Origin: an uncultured Actinomycetes bacterium
Lineage (GTDB): Bacteria; Actinomycetota; Acidimicrobiia; IMCC26256; JACDBD01
Direction: 5' to 3'
Assembly (NCBI GenBank): GCA_963836445.1
Contig: CAWIJM010000008.1
Span: 117,838 to 181,837, forward strand
DNA: 64,000 nucleotides
The notes under the pieces are model-generated. The model was not told the DNA's origin and searched no databases. It was given only the letters and a program-made list of their open reading frames with translations. Within the stretch, counting starts at the first letter, position 1. Each line of letters begins with the position of its first letter. The position numbers and the translations under genes are program-made. Below, one piece after another: positions 17,358-27,761 of this stretch.

Positions 17358-20015
17358 ATGAGCAAGCTCCTCCTCCTCGACGGCCATTCCTTGGCTTACC
17401 GGGCCTTCTATGCCCTTCCCACCGACCTCGCGACCCGGAGCGGGACGATCACGAACGCCGTCTACGGCTTCACGTCGATGCTGATCAAGATGCTCGGCGA
17501 CGAGAAGCCCGAGTACATCGCCGTCGCCTTCGACACGGGAGCGCCGACGTTCCGGGACGAGATGGACGCCGAGTACAAGGCGGGGCGCAAGGAGACGCCG
17601 GACGTGTTCTCCTCGCAGCTGCCGCTGATCCACGAGGTGCTCGAAGCGCTCGCGATCCCGACGCTGGAGGTCGGAGGAGTCGAGGCGGACGACGTCATCG
17701 CCACCCTCGCTGAGCAGGCAGCCGGGGAGGGCATCGACACCGTGATCGTCACCGGTGACCGAGACACCTACCAGCTCGTCCAAGATCCCCACGTCAAGGT
17801 CCTCTACAACCGGCGCGGCGTGTCTGACTACGTGCTCTACGACGAAGCGGGGATCGTCGAACGCACCGGCGGTGTCACGGCGGCGCAGTATCCGGAGTAC
17901 GCCGCGCTCCGGGGCGACACGAGCGACAACCTTCCTGGCGTCCCCGGCATCGGCGAGAAGACGGCCGCGAAGCTCATCTCGACGTACGGGAACCTCGAAG
18001 GCATCTACGAGCATCTCGATGACTTGCCGCCCAAGCAACGACAGAACCTGGGTGAAGCTCAGGACCGGGTGTTCCTCAATCGCGAGATGTCGCGCCTTCG
18101 GACGGACGTCGAGCTCGACTTCTCGGCCGCCGACCTCCGCCAGCGCTCGTGGGATCGGGAGCAGGTGCGCGTCCTGTTCGACCAGCTCGAGTTCAGGACG
18201 CTCTTGCCTCGACTGTTCGAGGCCGTCGGCGAAGAGGCCGCGGAGCCGGAGGCCGAGACGTTCGACGCCGACGTCGCGATCGTGTCCGACGCCGCCGCGG
18301 CGGCGACCCGGTTGCGTGATCTCGGCGCCGTCGAGCGCTCGTACGTGCTCGAAGGCCGGTGGGAAGGCGAGGCCGGTCGCAGCCCGCTGATCGGCATGGC
18401 AGTCGCCGACGAGGACGGTCACGCCGACTACATCGACGGCGAATTGCTGCGAGACGCGAAGGTGAGCGACGCCCTCAGCGCGCTCATGGGTGATGGCGGA
18501 CCGCCGCTCGACGCGCACCGGGCGAAGGAGCTGATGCACGCGCTCCCCGTCGACGTGCGCTCGCTGCGTTACGACACCGCTGTGATGGCGTACCTGTTGG
18601 ACCCGGCGGAAGGGAAGTACCTCCTCGAGGACCTCGCGCTGCGGTACCTGTCGCTCGAGGTGCGTTCGCCCGATGCTGAGGAGGGCACGCTCGACCTCGA
18701 CATCGACGGCCAATCCCGGGTCGACGAGACGGGCCGGCGTGCGCTCGCCGTGCGGCGCCTCGCCGGCACGCTCGCCGAAGCGCTCGAGGCCCGCGAGCTC
18801 ACCGACCTCTACGAACGCGTCGAGCGACCGCTCGTCCGTGTGCTGGGGCGGATGGAGGACGCCGGCGTCAAGGTCGACCGGCAGTTCCTCGAGGGGCTAC
18901 GTGCCGAGCTCGCGCAAAGCTGCGAGGACCTCGTCGGGAGGATCCACGCCCACGCCGGCATGGAGTTCAACGTGAACTCGACGCCGCAACTGCGAGAGGT
19001 GCTCTTCGAGAAGCTCGGCTTGGCCCCGGTGAAGAAGACGAAGACCGGCCCCTCCACCGACGCCGACTCGCTCCAGAAGATGGTCGAGGAGCACCCGATC
19101 GTCGAGGACCTGCTCCGCTACCGCGAAGTCGAGAAGCTGCGCAGCACCTATGCCGACGCGTTGCCGCCGCTCATCGGGGACGACGGTCGCATTCACGCCA
19201 CCTTCAAGCAGACCGACACGACGACCGGCCGCATCTCGAGCGAGAACCCGAACCTCCAGAACGTGCCCGTGCGCACAGCCGACGGGCGGGAGATGCGCCG
19301 CGCGTTCGTGGCCGACGACGGCTGCGGGTTGTTGACCGCCGACTACTCGCAGATCGAGCTCCGGGTGCTCGCGCACCTCACGGACGACCCCGGGCTCATC
19401 GAGGCGTTCTCCCGGAGCGCCGACATCCACACCACGACGGCGGCGATGGTGTTCGGCGTCGAGGAGAAGGACGTCGACGCGTTCCAGCGCCGCTTCGCGA
19501 AAGTCGTGAACTTCGGCCTGGCGTACGGCATGGAGGCGTACGGGCTCGGTCAGCGTCTCGGCGTCCCGACCGAGGAAGCCCGTGAGATCCTCGACAACTA
19601 CTTCGCGAGCTTCCCGAGCGTGAAGGCCTTCATGGACAGCACGGTGCGCGAGGCGAAGCAGCGTGGCTACACGACGACGATCTTCGGCCGTCGTCGTCAG
19701 ATCACGGAGCTGTCGTCCGACAACTTCCGGATCCGCCAGATGGGGGAGCGCATGGCGCAGAACGCGCCCGTGCAGGGCTCCGCCGCCGACGTGTTCAAGC
19801 TGGCGATGGTCGAGCTCGACCGCGCCCTCGACGGGGCCGGGCTCCGCGCCCGCATGATCCTCACCGTGCACGACGAGCTCGTGCTCGAGGTACCGCTCGA
19901 GGAACGGGAGCGCGTCGAGCCGCTCGTGCGGGACGTCATGGAGTCCGTCTGCACCCTGAAGGTCCCGCTCGTGGTGGACCTCGGCTTCGGTCCCACGTGG
20001 GCCGACGCCAAGTAG
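17358..20015 (+). CDS. polA: DNA polymerase I
   Basis: The ATG follows GGAGG. The 5'-nuclease N-terminus (LLLLDGHSLAYRAFYALP) and polymerase motifs (DYSQIELRVLAH, RRFAKVVNFGLAYG, VHDELVLE) are present. Confidence 0.95.
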   Translation: MSKLLLLDGHSLAYRAFYALPTDLATRSGTITNAVYGFTSMLIKMLGDEKPEYIAVAFDTGAPTFRDEMDAEYKAGRKETPDVFSSQLPLIHEVLEALAIPTLEVGGVEADDVIATLAEQAAGEGIDTVIVTGDRDTYQLVQDPHVKVLYNRRGVSDYVLYDEAGIVERTGGVTAAQYPEYAALRGDTSDNLPGVPGIGEKTAAKLISTYGNLEGIYEHLDDLPPKQRQNLGEAQDRVFLNREMSRLRTDVELDFSAADLRQRSWDREQVRVLFDQLEFRTLLPRLFEAVGEEAAEPEAETFDADVAIVSDAAAAATRLRDLGAVERSYVLEGRWEGEAGRSPLIGMAVADEDGHADYIDGELLRDAKVSDALSALMGDGGPPLDAHRAKELMHALPVDVRSLRYDTAVMAYLLDPAEGKYLLEDLALRYLSLEVRSPDAEEGTLDLDIDGQSRVDETGRRALAVRRLAGTLAEALEARELTDLYERVERPLVRVLGRMEDAGVKVDRQFLEGLRAELAQSCEDLVGRIHAHAGMEFNVNSTPQLREVLFEKLGLAPVKKTKTGPSTDADSLQKMVEEHPIVEDLLRYREVEKLRSTYADALPPLIGDDGRIHATFKQTDTTTGRISSENPNLQNVPVRTADGREMRRAFVADDGCGLLTADYSQIELRVLAHLTDDPGLIEAFSRSADIHTTTAAMVFGVEEKDVDAFQRRFAKVVNFGLAYGMEAYGLGQRLGVPTEEAREILDNYFASFPSVKAFMDSTVREAKQRGYTTTIFGRRRQITELSSDNFRIRQMGERMAQNAPVQGSAADVFKLAMVELDRALDGAGLRARMILTVHDELVLEVPLEERERVEPLVRDVMESVCTLKVPLVVDLGFGPTWADAK

Positions 20016-20021
20016 CTCGCG

Positions 20022-20519
20022 TCAGCCCGTCTCGGCGTCGTTCGGCGCGGCTTCCCCTGCTTCTCGCAGCTCCTCGGCGTAGCCGTCCGAGAGCTCGGCA
20101 GCGCCGCGCATGAAGTCACGGACGGTCTCGAGCTCCTCGGCGCTGTACTTGGTCATCGACTCAAACGTCGCCGACATGAATGGCTGGTAGTAGCGCATCG
20201 CGGTCCGCGTGCTCTCGAGCGTCCGCTCGATGAGTACCCGCCGCCGATCGTCCGTGTCGCGGATGCGACGGACGAACCCCACATCCTCGAGTCGGTCGAC
20301 CACCGCGGTGACGGCGCCGGTCGTGAGATGCGTCGCGCGTGCAAGATCTCCCGCGGTCATCGCGCCTCGTCGGTTGAGGACCTCCAACACGCGATGGTCC
20401 GTGCGATTGACGCCCATGCGCTCCGCGATCATCTGGTTCACGGCGTCGGCGGCGCTGATGAACTCGCGGCACGCCTCCATCGTTTCGAGAAATAGGTCAC
20501 GTTTTGAACGTCTTGACAC
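20022..20519 (-). CDS. MarR family transcriptional regulator
   Basis: Winged-helix core (RVLEVLNRRGAMTAGDLARATHLTTGAVTAVVDRLEDVGFVRRIRDTDDRRRVLI), divergent from the MMPL gene. Confidence 0.85.
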   Translation of the reverse strand: MSRRSKRDLFLETMEACREFISAADAVNQMIAERMGVNRTDHRVLEVLNRRGAMTAGDLARATHLTTGAVTAVVDRLEDVGFVRRIRDTDDRRRVLIERTLESTRTAMRYYQPFMSATFESMTKYSAEELETVRDFMRGAAELSDGYAEELREAGEAAPNDAETG

Positions 20520-20643
20520 TTGGCTATCTCACTCCATAAGGTAATCGGCGTCAAGTCGGTTCGATGAGTTCCGCGACCGGGCACGGTCGGAGCGGGACGA
20601 GAGCATTTCAGAAGTACACACCGAGACGCAGAGGTATCCCCCC

Positions 20644-22833
20644 ATGCTGAAGCGCCTGGCCCGTCTTTGTTACCGCCGCCGCTGGCGTGTGCTTGCGGCG
20701 TGGATCGCCTTCCTCGTCGTCGTCAGCTTCGCTGCCAGCGCTGCCGGCGGCGTCTTCCGCAACGAGTTCTCGCTCTCGGGTTCTGAGAGCAAGCAGGCTC
20801 AACAGTTTCTCGAGGATCGCGGCTTCGCCGACCGCGCGGGTTTCAGCGGACAGATCGTGTTCGAGACAGCTCGGGGGGTGAACGATCCGAACGTCCAGCA
20901 GGCGATGGAGGACCTGTTCGCTCGCGTCGAGCGCACCGTGCCTCGCACACAGGTCGTGAGCCCGTACGACCCCGCGAACGCGCGCCAGATCTCGCAGAAC
21001 GGCCGCATCGCCTACGCCGAGGTCAACTTCGCCGATCGTCCGGACAAGGACTTCCAGGACGCGGCCGACAAGGTCAAGGCCGAAGCCGAGAAGGTGAACG
21101 TCTCCGGCCTGCGCGTCGAGCTCGGCGGACAACTGTTCGGTGACCAGGAGCTGCCGGCGAGCGAGGCGATCGGCGTGCTGCTCGCGATCGTGGTGTTGCT
21201 GATCGCGTTCGGTTCCGTCCTCGCCGCCGGCCTGCCGATCATGACCGCGCTCTTTGGAATCGGTACGGGTATCGCGCTCGTGCAGCTGAGCGCGAACGGC
21301 TTGACGATGCCCGATTTCACGACCCAGGCGGTCGCGATGATCGGGATCGGCGTCGGCATCGACTACGCCCTGCTCATCGTCACGCGCTACCGGCAAGCGC
21401 TGCGCGACGGCCATCAACCCGAGGGTGCAGTCGCACTCGCGGCCGACACTGCGGGTCGCTCGGTCGTGTTCGCCGGCACGACCGTGGTCATCGCGGTGCT
21501 CGGCATGCTGCTGATCAACGTGCCCGCGGTGCGCGGCCTCGCGGTCGGTATCGCGCTCGGCGTCCTGATGACGATGCTCGCCGCAATCACCCTGCTCCCG
21601 GCGGTCCTGGGATTCGTAGGTCGCAACATCGACAAGCTCGGCCTGCCCCACAAGAAGCGCGCCGAGGGTGAGTTCCGCGAGTCGTTCTGGTACCGGTGGA
21701 GCCGAGTCATCCAGCGCCGCCCGTGGCCGGGAGCGATCGCAGGTCTCGTCATCCTCCTGGTGCTGGCGGCGCCGGTGCTGTCGATGCGCCTCGCGTTCGC
21801 CGACGCCGGCAACCGGCCCACGTCGGACACCACACGGCGCGCCTACGACCTGCTCGTCGAGGGCTTCGGGCCCGGTTTCAACGGCCCGCTGATCCTCGCC
21901 GTCGACATGCCGCGGGGCCAAGCCGACTTCGCGACAGTGCAGCAGGTCCAGGAGCGGGCGCGGACGGCGAAGGACGTCGCGTTTGCGACGTCGCCGCAGC
22001 CGAACAAGGCCGGGAACGCCGCGATCATCCAGGTGTTCTCGACGCACTCGCCGCAGGACCAGCAGACGGCGGATCTGGTCGACCGCCTGCGCAACGACGT
22101 GATACCGCCGGCGACACGCGGGACCGACGTCGACGTGAAGGTCGGCGGTCTCCAGGCCGGTGCCACCGACTACTCGAACTACACAGCCGAACGCCTCCCC
22201 GTATTCATCGGGCTGGTGCTCCTGTTGTCCTTCCTTCTGTTGATGGTCGTGTTCCGCAGCCTCCTCGTGCCGCTGAAGGCCGTGATCATGAACCTGCTGT
22301 CGATCGGTGCTGCCTACGGCGTGATCGTCGCGGTGTTCCAGTGGGGCTGGGGCAAGGACCTCATCGGCGTCGCGAAGGCCGGTCCGGTCGAGGCGTGGGC
22401 ACCGATGATGCTGTTCGCCATCGTGTTCGGGCTGTCGATGGACTACGAGGTGTTCCTCCTCTCACGGATGCGAGAGGAGTACGACAAGACCGGTGACAAC
22501 GGGACGGCCGTGGCCGACGGTCTTGCCGCGACCGCCAGGGTCATCACGGCGGCGGCCTTGATCATGATCCTCGTGTTCAGCGCCTTCGTGCTCGGCGACG
22601 ACCGCGCGATCAAGCTGTTCGGCTTCGGTCTTGCCGTCGCGGTCTTCCTCGACGCCACGATCGTCCGGCTGATCCTCGTGCCCGCCACGATGGAGCTGCT
22701 CGGGAACGCCAACTGGTGGATCCCGAAGTGGCTGGACCGGATCCTGCCGACGGTGCGCGTCGAGCCCGCCGAGGACCTCGACGCCGAGCTCGCGCAGCTC
22801 GACGAGGAAGAGAAGGAGCGGGTCGGCAGCTAG
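20644..22833 (+). CDS. MMPL family (RND superfamily) transporter
   Basis: 729 aa with two repeats of six transmembrane helices and MMPL-type motifs (GIDYALLIVTRYR, GLSMDYEVFLLSRMREEY). Confidence 0.9.
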   Translation: MLKRLARLCYRRRWRVLAAWIAFLVVVSFAASAAGGVFRNEFSLSGSESKQAQQFLEDRGFADRAGFSGQIVFETARGVNDPNVQQAMEDLFARVERTVPRTQVVSPYDPANARQISQNGRIAYAEVNFADRPDKDFQDAADKVKAEAEKVNVSGLRVELGGQLFGDQELPASEAIGVLLAIVVLLIAFGSVLAAGLPIMTALFGIGTGIALVQLSANGLTMPDFTTQAVAMIGIGVGIDYALLIVTRYRQALRDGHQPEGAVALAADTAGRSVVFAGTTVVIAVLGMLLINVPAVRGLAVGIALGVLMTMLAAITLLPAVLGFVGRNIDKLGLPHKKRAEGEFRESFWYRWSRVIQRRPWPGAIAGLVILLVLAAPVLSMRLAFADAGNRPTSDTTRRAYDLLVEGFGPGFNGPLILAVDMPRGQADFATVQQVQERARTAKDVAFATSPQPNKAGNAAIIQVFSTHSPQDQQTADLVDRLRNDVIPPATRGTDVDVKVGGLQAGATDYSNYTAERLPVFIGLVLLLSFLLLMVVFRSLLVPLKAVIMNLLSIGAAYGVIVAVFQWGWGKDLIGVAKAGPVEAWAPMMLFAIVFGLSMDYEVFLLSRMREEYDKTGDNGTAVADGLAATARVITAAALIMILVFSAFVLGDDRAIKLFGFGLAVAVFLDATIVRLILVPATMELLGNANWWIPKWLDRILPTVRVEPAEDLDAELAQLDEEEKERVGS

Positions 22834-22893
22834 CCGACCCGCGGGGTGACGACGCTCGCTGCACCACGGTGCGCGTACCTGGCTCAGGCGCGG

Positions 22894-23332
22894 CTACCGG
22901 TCGCGCGGAACGGCCCCCTCGCTTTCGAGGCGCGCCTGGACGTGGCCGGGGATGGTGATGTCCCAACGGCCGCGTTCGAGCTCTGCCTTCTTGACCGAGA
23001 ACTCGCCTCCATCGTGGGGGCCGCTGGTGACGTGGAATATCCACTCGTCTCCCTGGTCGACCACGCTTCCGAAGCTGTGGGTCTCGCCGGGGGAGACCGG
23101 GCCGAGCTTGAGCCATCCGTCGCGGGCGTTGCCGGTCACTTCGACGTCCACGAGATACGGCGTCGCGTTGACAACGCGCACGCGGTCGACGAAATCGGGG
23201 CCTCGGAGCGCGACTTGGATCCCGACGAGAGCTGCGACGGCGATCACACCGACGATGAGGACCACCAGCACTTCGCACGAGAGAAGAACGGGGCGCGATC
23301 GAGCGGCGCGGTCGGGTCAGGACTGGACTCAT
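22894..23332 (-). CDS. membrane-anchored hypothetical protein; ATG at 23332 with a strong RBS is out of frame with the main ORF 22894..23271
   Basis: AGGAGG lies 6 nt before the ATG at 23332. The transmembrane helix (VLVVLIVGVIAVAALVGIQV) and a beta-rich domain lie in the 22894..23271 frame. Confidence 0.45.
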
Positions 23333-23723
23333 CGTTCACCTCCTGAACTGAGAGAACTCGCCACGAGCCAGGGTCGTGACGCCGAGCCCGCGGGTTGGCT
23401 CTCGTTCACGGTTGTCCTCGCCGCGCCATCCGGCGTGACCGGATGCCGCTGTATACGAGGCCCACGAACACACAAAGGGCATCAGCAGGAAAGCACACGC
23501 TCAACGCAAGAATGACGCCGTGTGACAGATCAGTTACGGACGTCGCAGTCGCCGGCAGCCACTTCGCTTGAGTGTGGATACATGAGTCTGCTCGGTTCGT
23601 AGCCAGGAGGAAGTCACTTCTCGAGGCCCGCCACAGACCCATGGCGTCACGAACGCGTGTCGAGAACACGTTCAGTCAGTCGCTACCCACGTGTCCGAAA
23701 CGCGCGATAGGTGTGCGGCGCGG

Positions 23724-24089
23724 CTAGAAGAGCCGGCTCGACGGAGGCGCGCGGAGCGCAACCGTTCCGCGAAGAGGGTGAAGCGGTTGACTCGCCCGAC
23801 GATGCTCGGTACGCCGTCGTGTCCAGAAGGCAGCAGCGGCGACTGCGGCCAAGCCAAGGGCGGCCAGCAGGTCCCTCGACGGGGACGGCCTGTCGCCGAT
23901 GAACGTGCGGACGATCGATGAGCCTCGCTGCACCACAGCGGAGTCATCGGTACCGGATCCGTGATCGATGGTGATCGACGGCCGTTCGGATCCGAACACG
24001 GCGGGTCCCCAAACCCGGCTCGACGTCCACCCGAGCGCGAGTGCCGCGGCCACGACGACAACAACCGCAACCGTTCGGCGCCTGTTCAT
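23724..24089 (-). CDS. hypothetical protein with N-terminal and C-terminal hydrophobic segments
   Basis: 121-aa ORF: MNRRRTVAVVVVVAAALALG..., later LLAALGLAAVAAAAFWTRRR. Coding status is uncertain. Confidence 0.3.
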   Translation of the reverse strand: MNRRRTVAVVVVVAAALALGWTSSRVWGPAVFGSERPSITIDHGSGTDDSAVVQRGSSIVRTFIGDRPSPSRDLLAALGLAAVAAAAFWTRRRTEHRRASQPLHPLRGTVALRAPPSSRLF

Positions 24090-24822
24090 GCTTGGACGAG
24101 GATAGTCGGCACTCGGATTTTCACGCTATGGGATCGGTGAAGACCTCGTTACGCGCGATGCCGTCACCGCGATCGAGCGCCGAGGACCTCGCGTGGAGGA
24201 CGGATCAAGAGAGTCGAGCGCGCAGCTTCCGCAAACGCCACGGGAGATCCAAGGCTTCGAAGATCAAGATGATCGTCAACCAGAACAGCACCCTGAGCAG
24301 CGGGTGTTGCAATAACCTCATGAGCTTGCCCATGTCGGCCTGCATTTCTGTTCGGCTTCGTGACAATCGAATCGCGGCTCCGCATCACCGCAATGCCGAG
24401 GGCTCGCCGAGCGCATTCGACGCGCCCGAGTGCGGACAATCTCGGCCATGGACCATGACGCGAGGAAGGCTCTTCGCTGCGTGGGCGAGGCGTCCCTGAC
24501 GCCAACTGGTCCATGGTTCAGCCAGATCGCTCGCTTATGGATCCGGCGTACTCCGGAATGCGTTCACCATGCGAATCTGATCGACGGACGGGCTCCGTAA
24601 CGGGCAATCGGCGGCGCTGCGCCTGATCGCTGAGTACGTCGAGAAGTGAGAATGTTCGTGATCGGGATCGCGGTACGATCTGTTGTGCCGGTGCTGATCG
24701 AATGGTGACCATGCCTAACGTCGGCGTGTGACTGAGATGCCGCCGGTACCGTCCGGCGCCTGGTTCAACCCGATTGCGCGGCTCCTCGGAAGGCTTACTG
24801 GGCGCCTGATACCGGCCGGGTA

Positions 24823-25486
24823 ATGGCGTTCACGAAGGGAACCGAGCAAGAGGTCGGGTTCCTCGTCGACGCGCTCGCGCTCGAAGCGGGGGCACCGGGT
24901 GCTCGACGTCGGATGCGGCCCGGGCCGGCACTCGCTCGCGCTCGCCCGCCGAGGGATCGACGTGGTGGGCGTCGACCTGTCCGACGACTTCATCGCCTTG
25001 GCCCGCGATGCCGCCGCGGCGGACGGGCTGCCGGCGCGCTTCGAGGTCGGCGACGTGCGCGAGCTCGCCTACGACGCCGAGTTCGACGCCGTCATCTGCC
25101 TCTGCCAGGGCGGGTTCGGTCTCATCGGAGGCCGCGACGAGCCCGGAGCCTTCGAGCGAATCGCGGCGGCAGCCCGTCCCGGTGGCCGGCTCGCCCTCAC
25201 CGCGTTCTCGGCAGTCTTCGCCGTACGGTTCCTCGAAGAGGGAGAGAGCTTCGATCCCACCACGGGCGTTCTCCACGAGCGGTCCACCGTCCGCAACCAG
25301 GACGGCGAGGAGGAGGTCTTCGACCTCTGGACGACGTGCTTCACCGCGCGGGAGCTCGAGCTGCTCGCCCGGCACGCCGGCCTCGAGGTCGTCGGCGTGC
25401 ACGGCGTCACACCCGGGCGGTACGGAACCGCGCCGCCGACGCTCGACGACCCGGAGTTGCTGCTCCTGGCTCGGCGGCCCGCCTGA
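24823..25486 (+). CDS. class I SAM-dependent methyltransferase, one frame change near 24885-24892
   Basis: VLDVGCGPGRH motif I lies in ORF 24899..25486. The N-terminus MAFTKGTEQEVGFLVDALALEAG lies in the frame of ORF 24823... The junction coincides with a G5 run. Confidence 0.75.
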
Positions 25487-25594
25487 CCTTGGGTTACGCT
25501 GGACAACGGTCCTTCGGGGCCGGTTCTCCGCGCTCGCGTCGTCACCTGAGGTGCGCCGGCAGGCAGGGGGAGCGATCACTGTTTCCAAGGAGCA

Positions 25595-27058
25595 ATGTTG
25601 TCCGAGCAGGAGGCCACGGGAGCGACCGACAACGCTCCCGTGCCCGAGACGAGTCAGAGTGAGTCGGCTGCCGCAGCCGAGCAGCCGTCCGGCGCCGGTG
25701 GCGCCGTAGCAACAGCCGAGTCCCCGCCTGACGGCGGCCCCGTCGTCCTCGACGACCTCGGCACGCAATCCTTCTCCGATGCGGTCGACGCCACGATCGT
25801 CGAGTTCGACGACGGCGACATCGTGTCCGGCAAGGTCGTCAAGATCGACAGCGACGAGGTTCTGCTCGACATCGGCTACAAGTCCGAGGGCGTCATCCCC
25901 TCGCGCGAGCTCTCGATCCGCAACGACATCGACCCCAACGAAGTCGTCGATCTCGGCCAGGAGCTCGAGGCCCTCGTCCTCCAGAAGGAGGACAAGGACG
26001 GCCGTCTGATCCTGTCGAAGAAGCGTGCGCAGTACGAGCGCGCCTGGGGGACGATCGAGGCGGTCAAGGACAAGGACGGCATCGTCTCGGGACCGGTCAT
26101 CGAGGTGGTCAAGGGCGGCCTGATCCTCGACATCGGCCTCCGCGGTTTCCTGCCCGCGTCACTCGTCGACCTGCGGCGGGTACGCGACCTCCACCCGTTC
26201 GTCGGCCGGAACCTCGACGCCAAGATCATCGAGCTCGACAAGAATCGCAACAACGTCGTGCTCTCGCGGCGCGCGTATCTCGAGGAGACACAGCGTGAAC
26301 AGCGCGACGAGTTCCTCGCCAACCTGAAGCCCGGTGAGATCCGGAAGGGCGTGGTCTCGTCGGTCGTGAACTTCGGCGCGTTCGTCGACCTCGGCGGCAT
26401 GGACGGGCTCGTGCACGTCTCCGAGCTCAGCTGGAAGCACGTCGACCACCCGAGCTCAGTCGTGCAGGTCGGTGACGAGGTCGAGGTGCAGGTGCTCGAT
26501 GTCGACCTCGATCGCGAGCGCATCTCGCTGTCGCTCAAGGCCACGCAGCAGGATCCCTGGCAGGAGTTCGCCAACGGCCACCAGGTCGGCGAGCTCGTCT
26601 ACGGGAAGGTCACAAAGCTCGTGCCGTTCGGCGCGTTCGTCCAGGTGGGCGACGGCATCGAGGGGCTTGTCCATATCTCCGAGATGGCCGCGCACCATGT
26701 CGAAGCACCCGAGCAGGTCGTCACCCCCGGCGAGGAGCTGTGGGTGAAGATCATCGACATCGATCTCGACCGGCGGCGCATCTCGTTGTCGATCAAGCAA
26801 GCGGCCGAGGGTGGCGAGGTCGCGGCCGAGTACCGCGAGCACTTCGGCGAGGACGCCTTCGACGAGCAGGGCCAGTACATCGGACCCACGGCCGAGGAGA
26901 CGGCCGCCGCGGAGGCCGGGGCAGGCGACGCGGCACCCGCCGAAGGCGACGCCGCGGCCACGCCGGACGCGCCCGCAGCCGACGAAGCGCCGGCCGAGGC
27001 GTCGGCCCCGGTCGACACGGCGCCAACGGACGACACGCCGCCGGCCGAGACCGCCTGA
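25595..27058 (+). CDS. rpsA: 30S ribosomal protein S1 (the start may be internal; the N-terminal ~45 aa are low complexity)
   Basis: Repeated S1 domains (GDIVSGKVVKIDSDEVLLDIGYKSEGVIP..., GFLPASLVD..., GLVHVSELSW..., GLVHISEMA). Confidence 0.9.
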   Translation: MLSEQEATGATDNAPVPETSQSESAAAAEQPSGAGGAVATAESPPDGGPVVLDDLGTQSFSDAVDATIVEFDDGDIVSGKVVKIDSDEVLLDIGYKSEGVIPSRELSIRNDIDPNEVVDLGQELEALVLQKEDKDGRLILSKKRAQYERAWGTIEAVKDKDGIVSGPVIEVVKGGLILDIGLRGFLPASLVDLRRVRDLHPFVGRNLDAKIIELDKNRNNVVLSRRAYLEETQREQRDEFLANLKPGEIRKGVVSSVVNFGAFVDLGGMDGLVHVSELSWKHVDHPSSVVQVGDEVEVQVLDVDLDRERISLSLKATQQDPWQEFANGHQVGELVYGKVTKLVPFGAFVQVGDGIEGLVHISEMAAHHVEAPEQVVTPGEELWVKIIDIDLDRRRISLSIKQAAEGGEVAAEYREHFGEDAFDEQGQYIGPTAEETAAAEAGAGDAAPAEGDAAATPDAPAADEAPAEASAPVDTAPTDDTPPAETA

Positions 27059-27059
27059 G

Positions 27060-27677
27060 TTGCTCCTCGTCGGGCTCACCGGCGGGATCGGAGCCGGCAA
27101 GTCCACTGTCTCCGAGCGGCTTGCCGCGCGCGGGGCTGTCATCGTCGATGCCGATCAGGTCGCGCGAGCGGTCGTCGAGCCCGGAACGCCGGCGTTGCAG
27201 AAGCTCGTCGAGCGATTTGGCGAAGGCATCCTCGACCGCGACGGGCGACTCGCGCGGAGCTCATTGGCGAAGGTGGCGTTCGCCGACGACGAGTCCCGGC
27301 TGGACCTCGAGGCGATCACCCATCCCGCGATCAACGAGGAGTTCACGCGCCGCGTGGCCGAGGCGCCGAGCGACGCCATCGTCGTCCTCGACGTGCCGCT
27401 CCTCGCCGAGTCGGAGCAAGCCAGGAAGCGTCCCTATCAGACCGTGATCGTGGTCGAGGCGCCCCGTGACGTGCGGCTGGAGCGGCTCGGGGCCCGGGGC
27501 GTCGACCGGGCCGATGCCGAGGCCCGCATGGCCGCGCAAGCCGACGACGACGAGCGGCGCAAGCTCGCGACGTACGTCGTCGACAACGGCGGCGACCGCG
27601 CCGCGCTCGAGCGCCAGATCGACGAGCTGTGGGCGGACCTCGAGCGCCGGCACCGCGAAGGAGCCAACACTCCCTGA
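27060..27677 (+). CDS. coaE: dephospho-CoA kinase
   Basis: TTG start right after the rpsA stop. P-loop GLTGGIGAGKST, then ITHPAI. Confidence 0.85.
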   Translation: MLLVGLTGGIGAGKSTVSERLAARGAVIVDADQVARAVVEPGTPALQKLVERFGEGILDRDGRLARSSLAKVAFADDESRLDLEAITHPAINEEFTRRVAEAPSDAIVVLDVPLLAESEQARKRPYQTVIVVEAPRDVRLERLGARGVDRADAEARMAAQADDDERRKLATYVVDNGGDRAALERQIDELWADLERRHREGANTP

Positions 27678-27718
27678 CCGTTGTCGCGAAATCGCGCTTC
27701 ACAGCGACGTTTTCGGTC

Positions 27719-27732
27719 GCAACGGACGTTCG
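27719..27732. promoter_or_regulatory. weak SOS-box-like site upstream of uvrB
   Basis: GCAACGGACGTTCG: one good GTTCG half-site and one imperfect half, 30 nt upstream of the uvrB ATG. Confidence 0.25.
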
Positions 27733-27761
27733 CGTCACAGGCCACCGGTACCATCGGACGA

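Noticed and set aside
17109-18713. Long antisense ORFs opposite polA, the MMPL gene (20608..22047), uvrB (27735..29327), uvrA (31474..33147), pgk/tpiA (44201..46126), fabF (8148..10058), lon (59177..60034, 60749..61590) and others.
   Set aside because: These are typical shadow ORFs of high-G+C DNA. Their translations are Arg/Ala/Gly/Pro-rich with no recognisable domains, and each lies opposite a gene with unambiguous homology.
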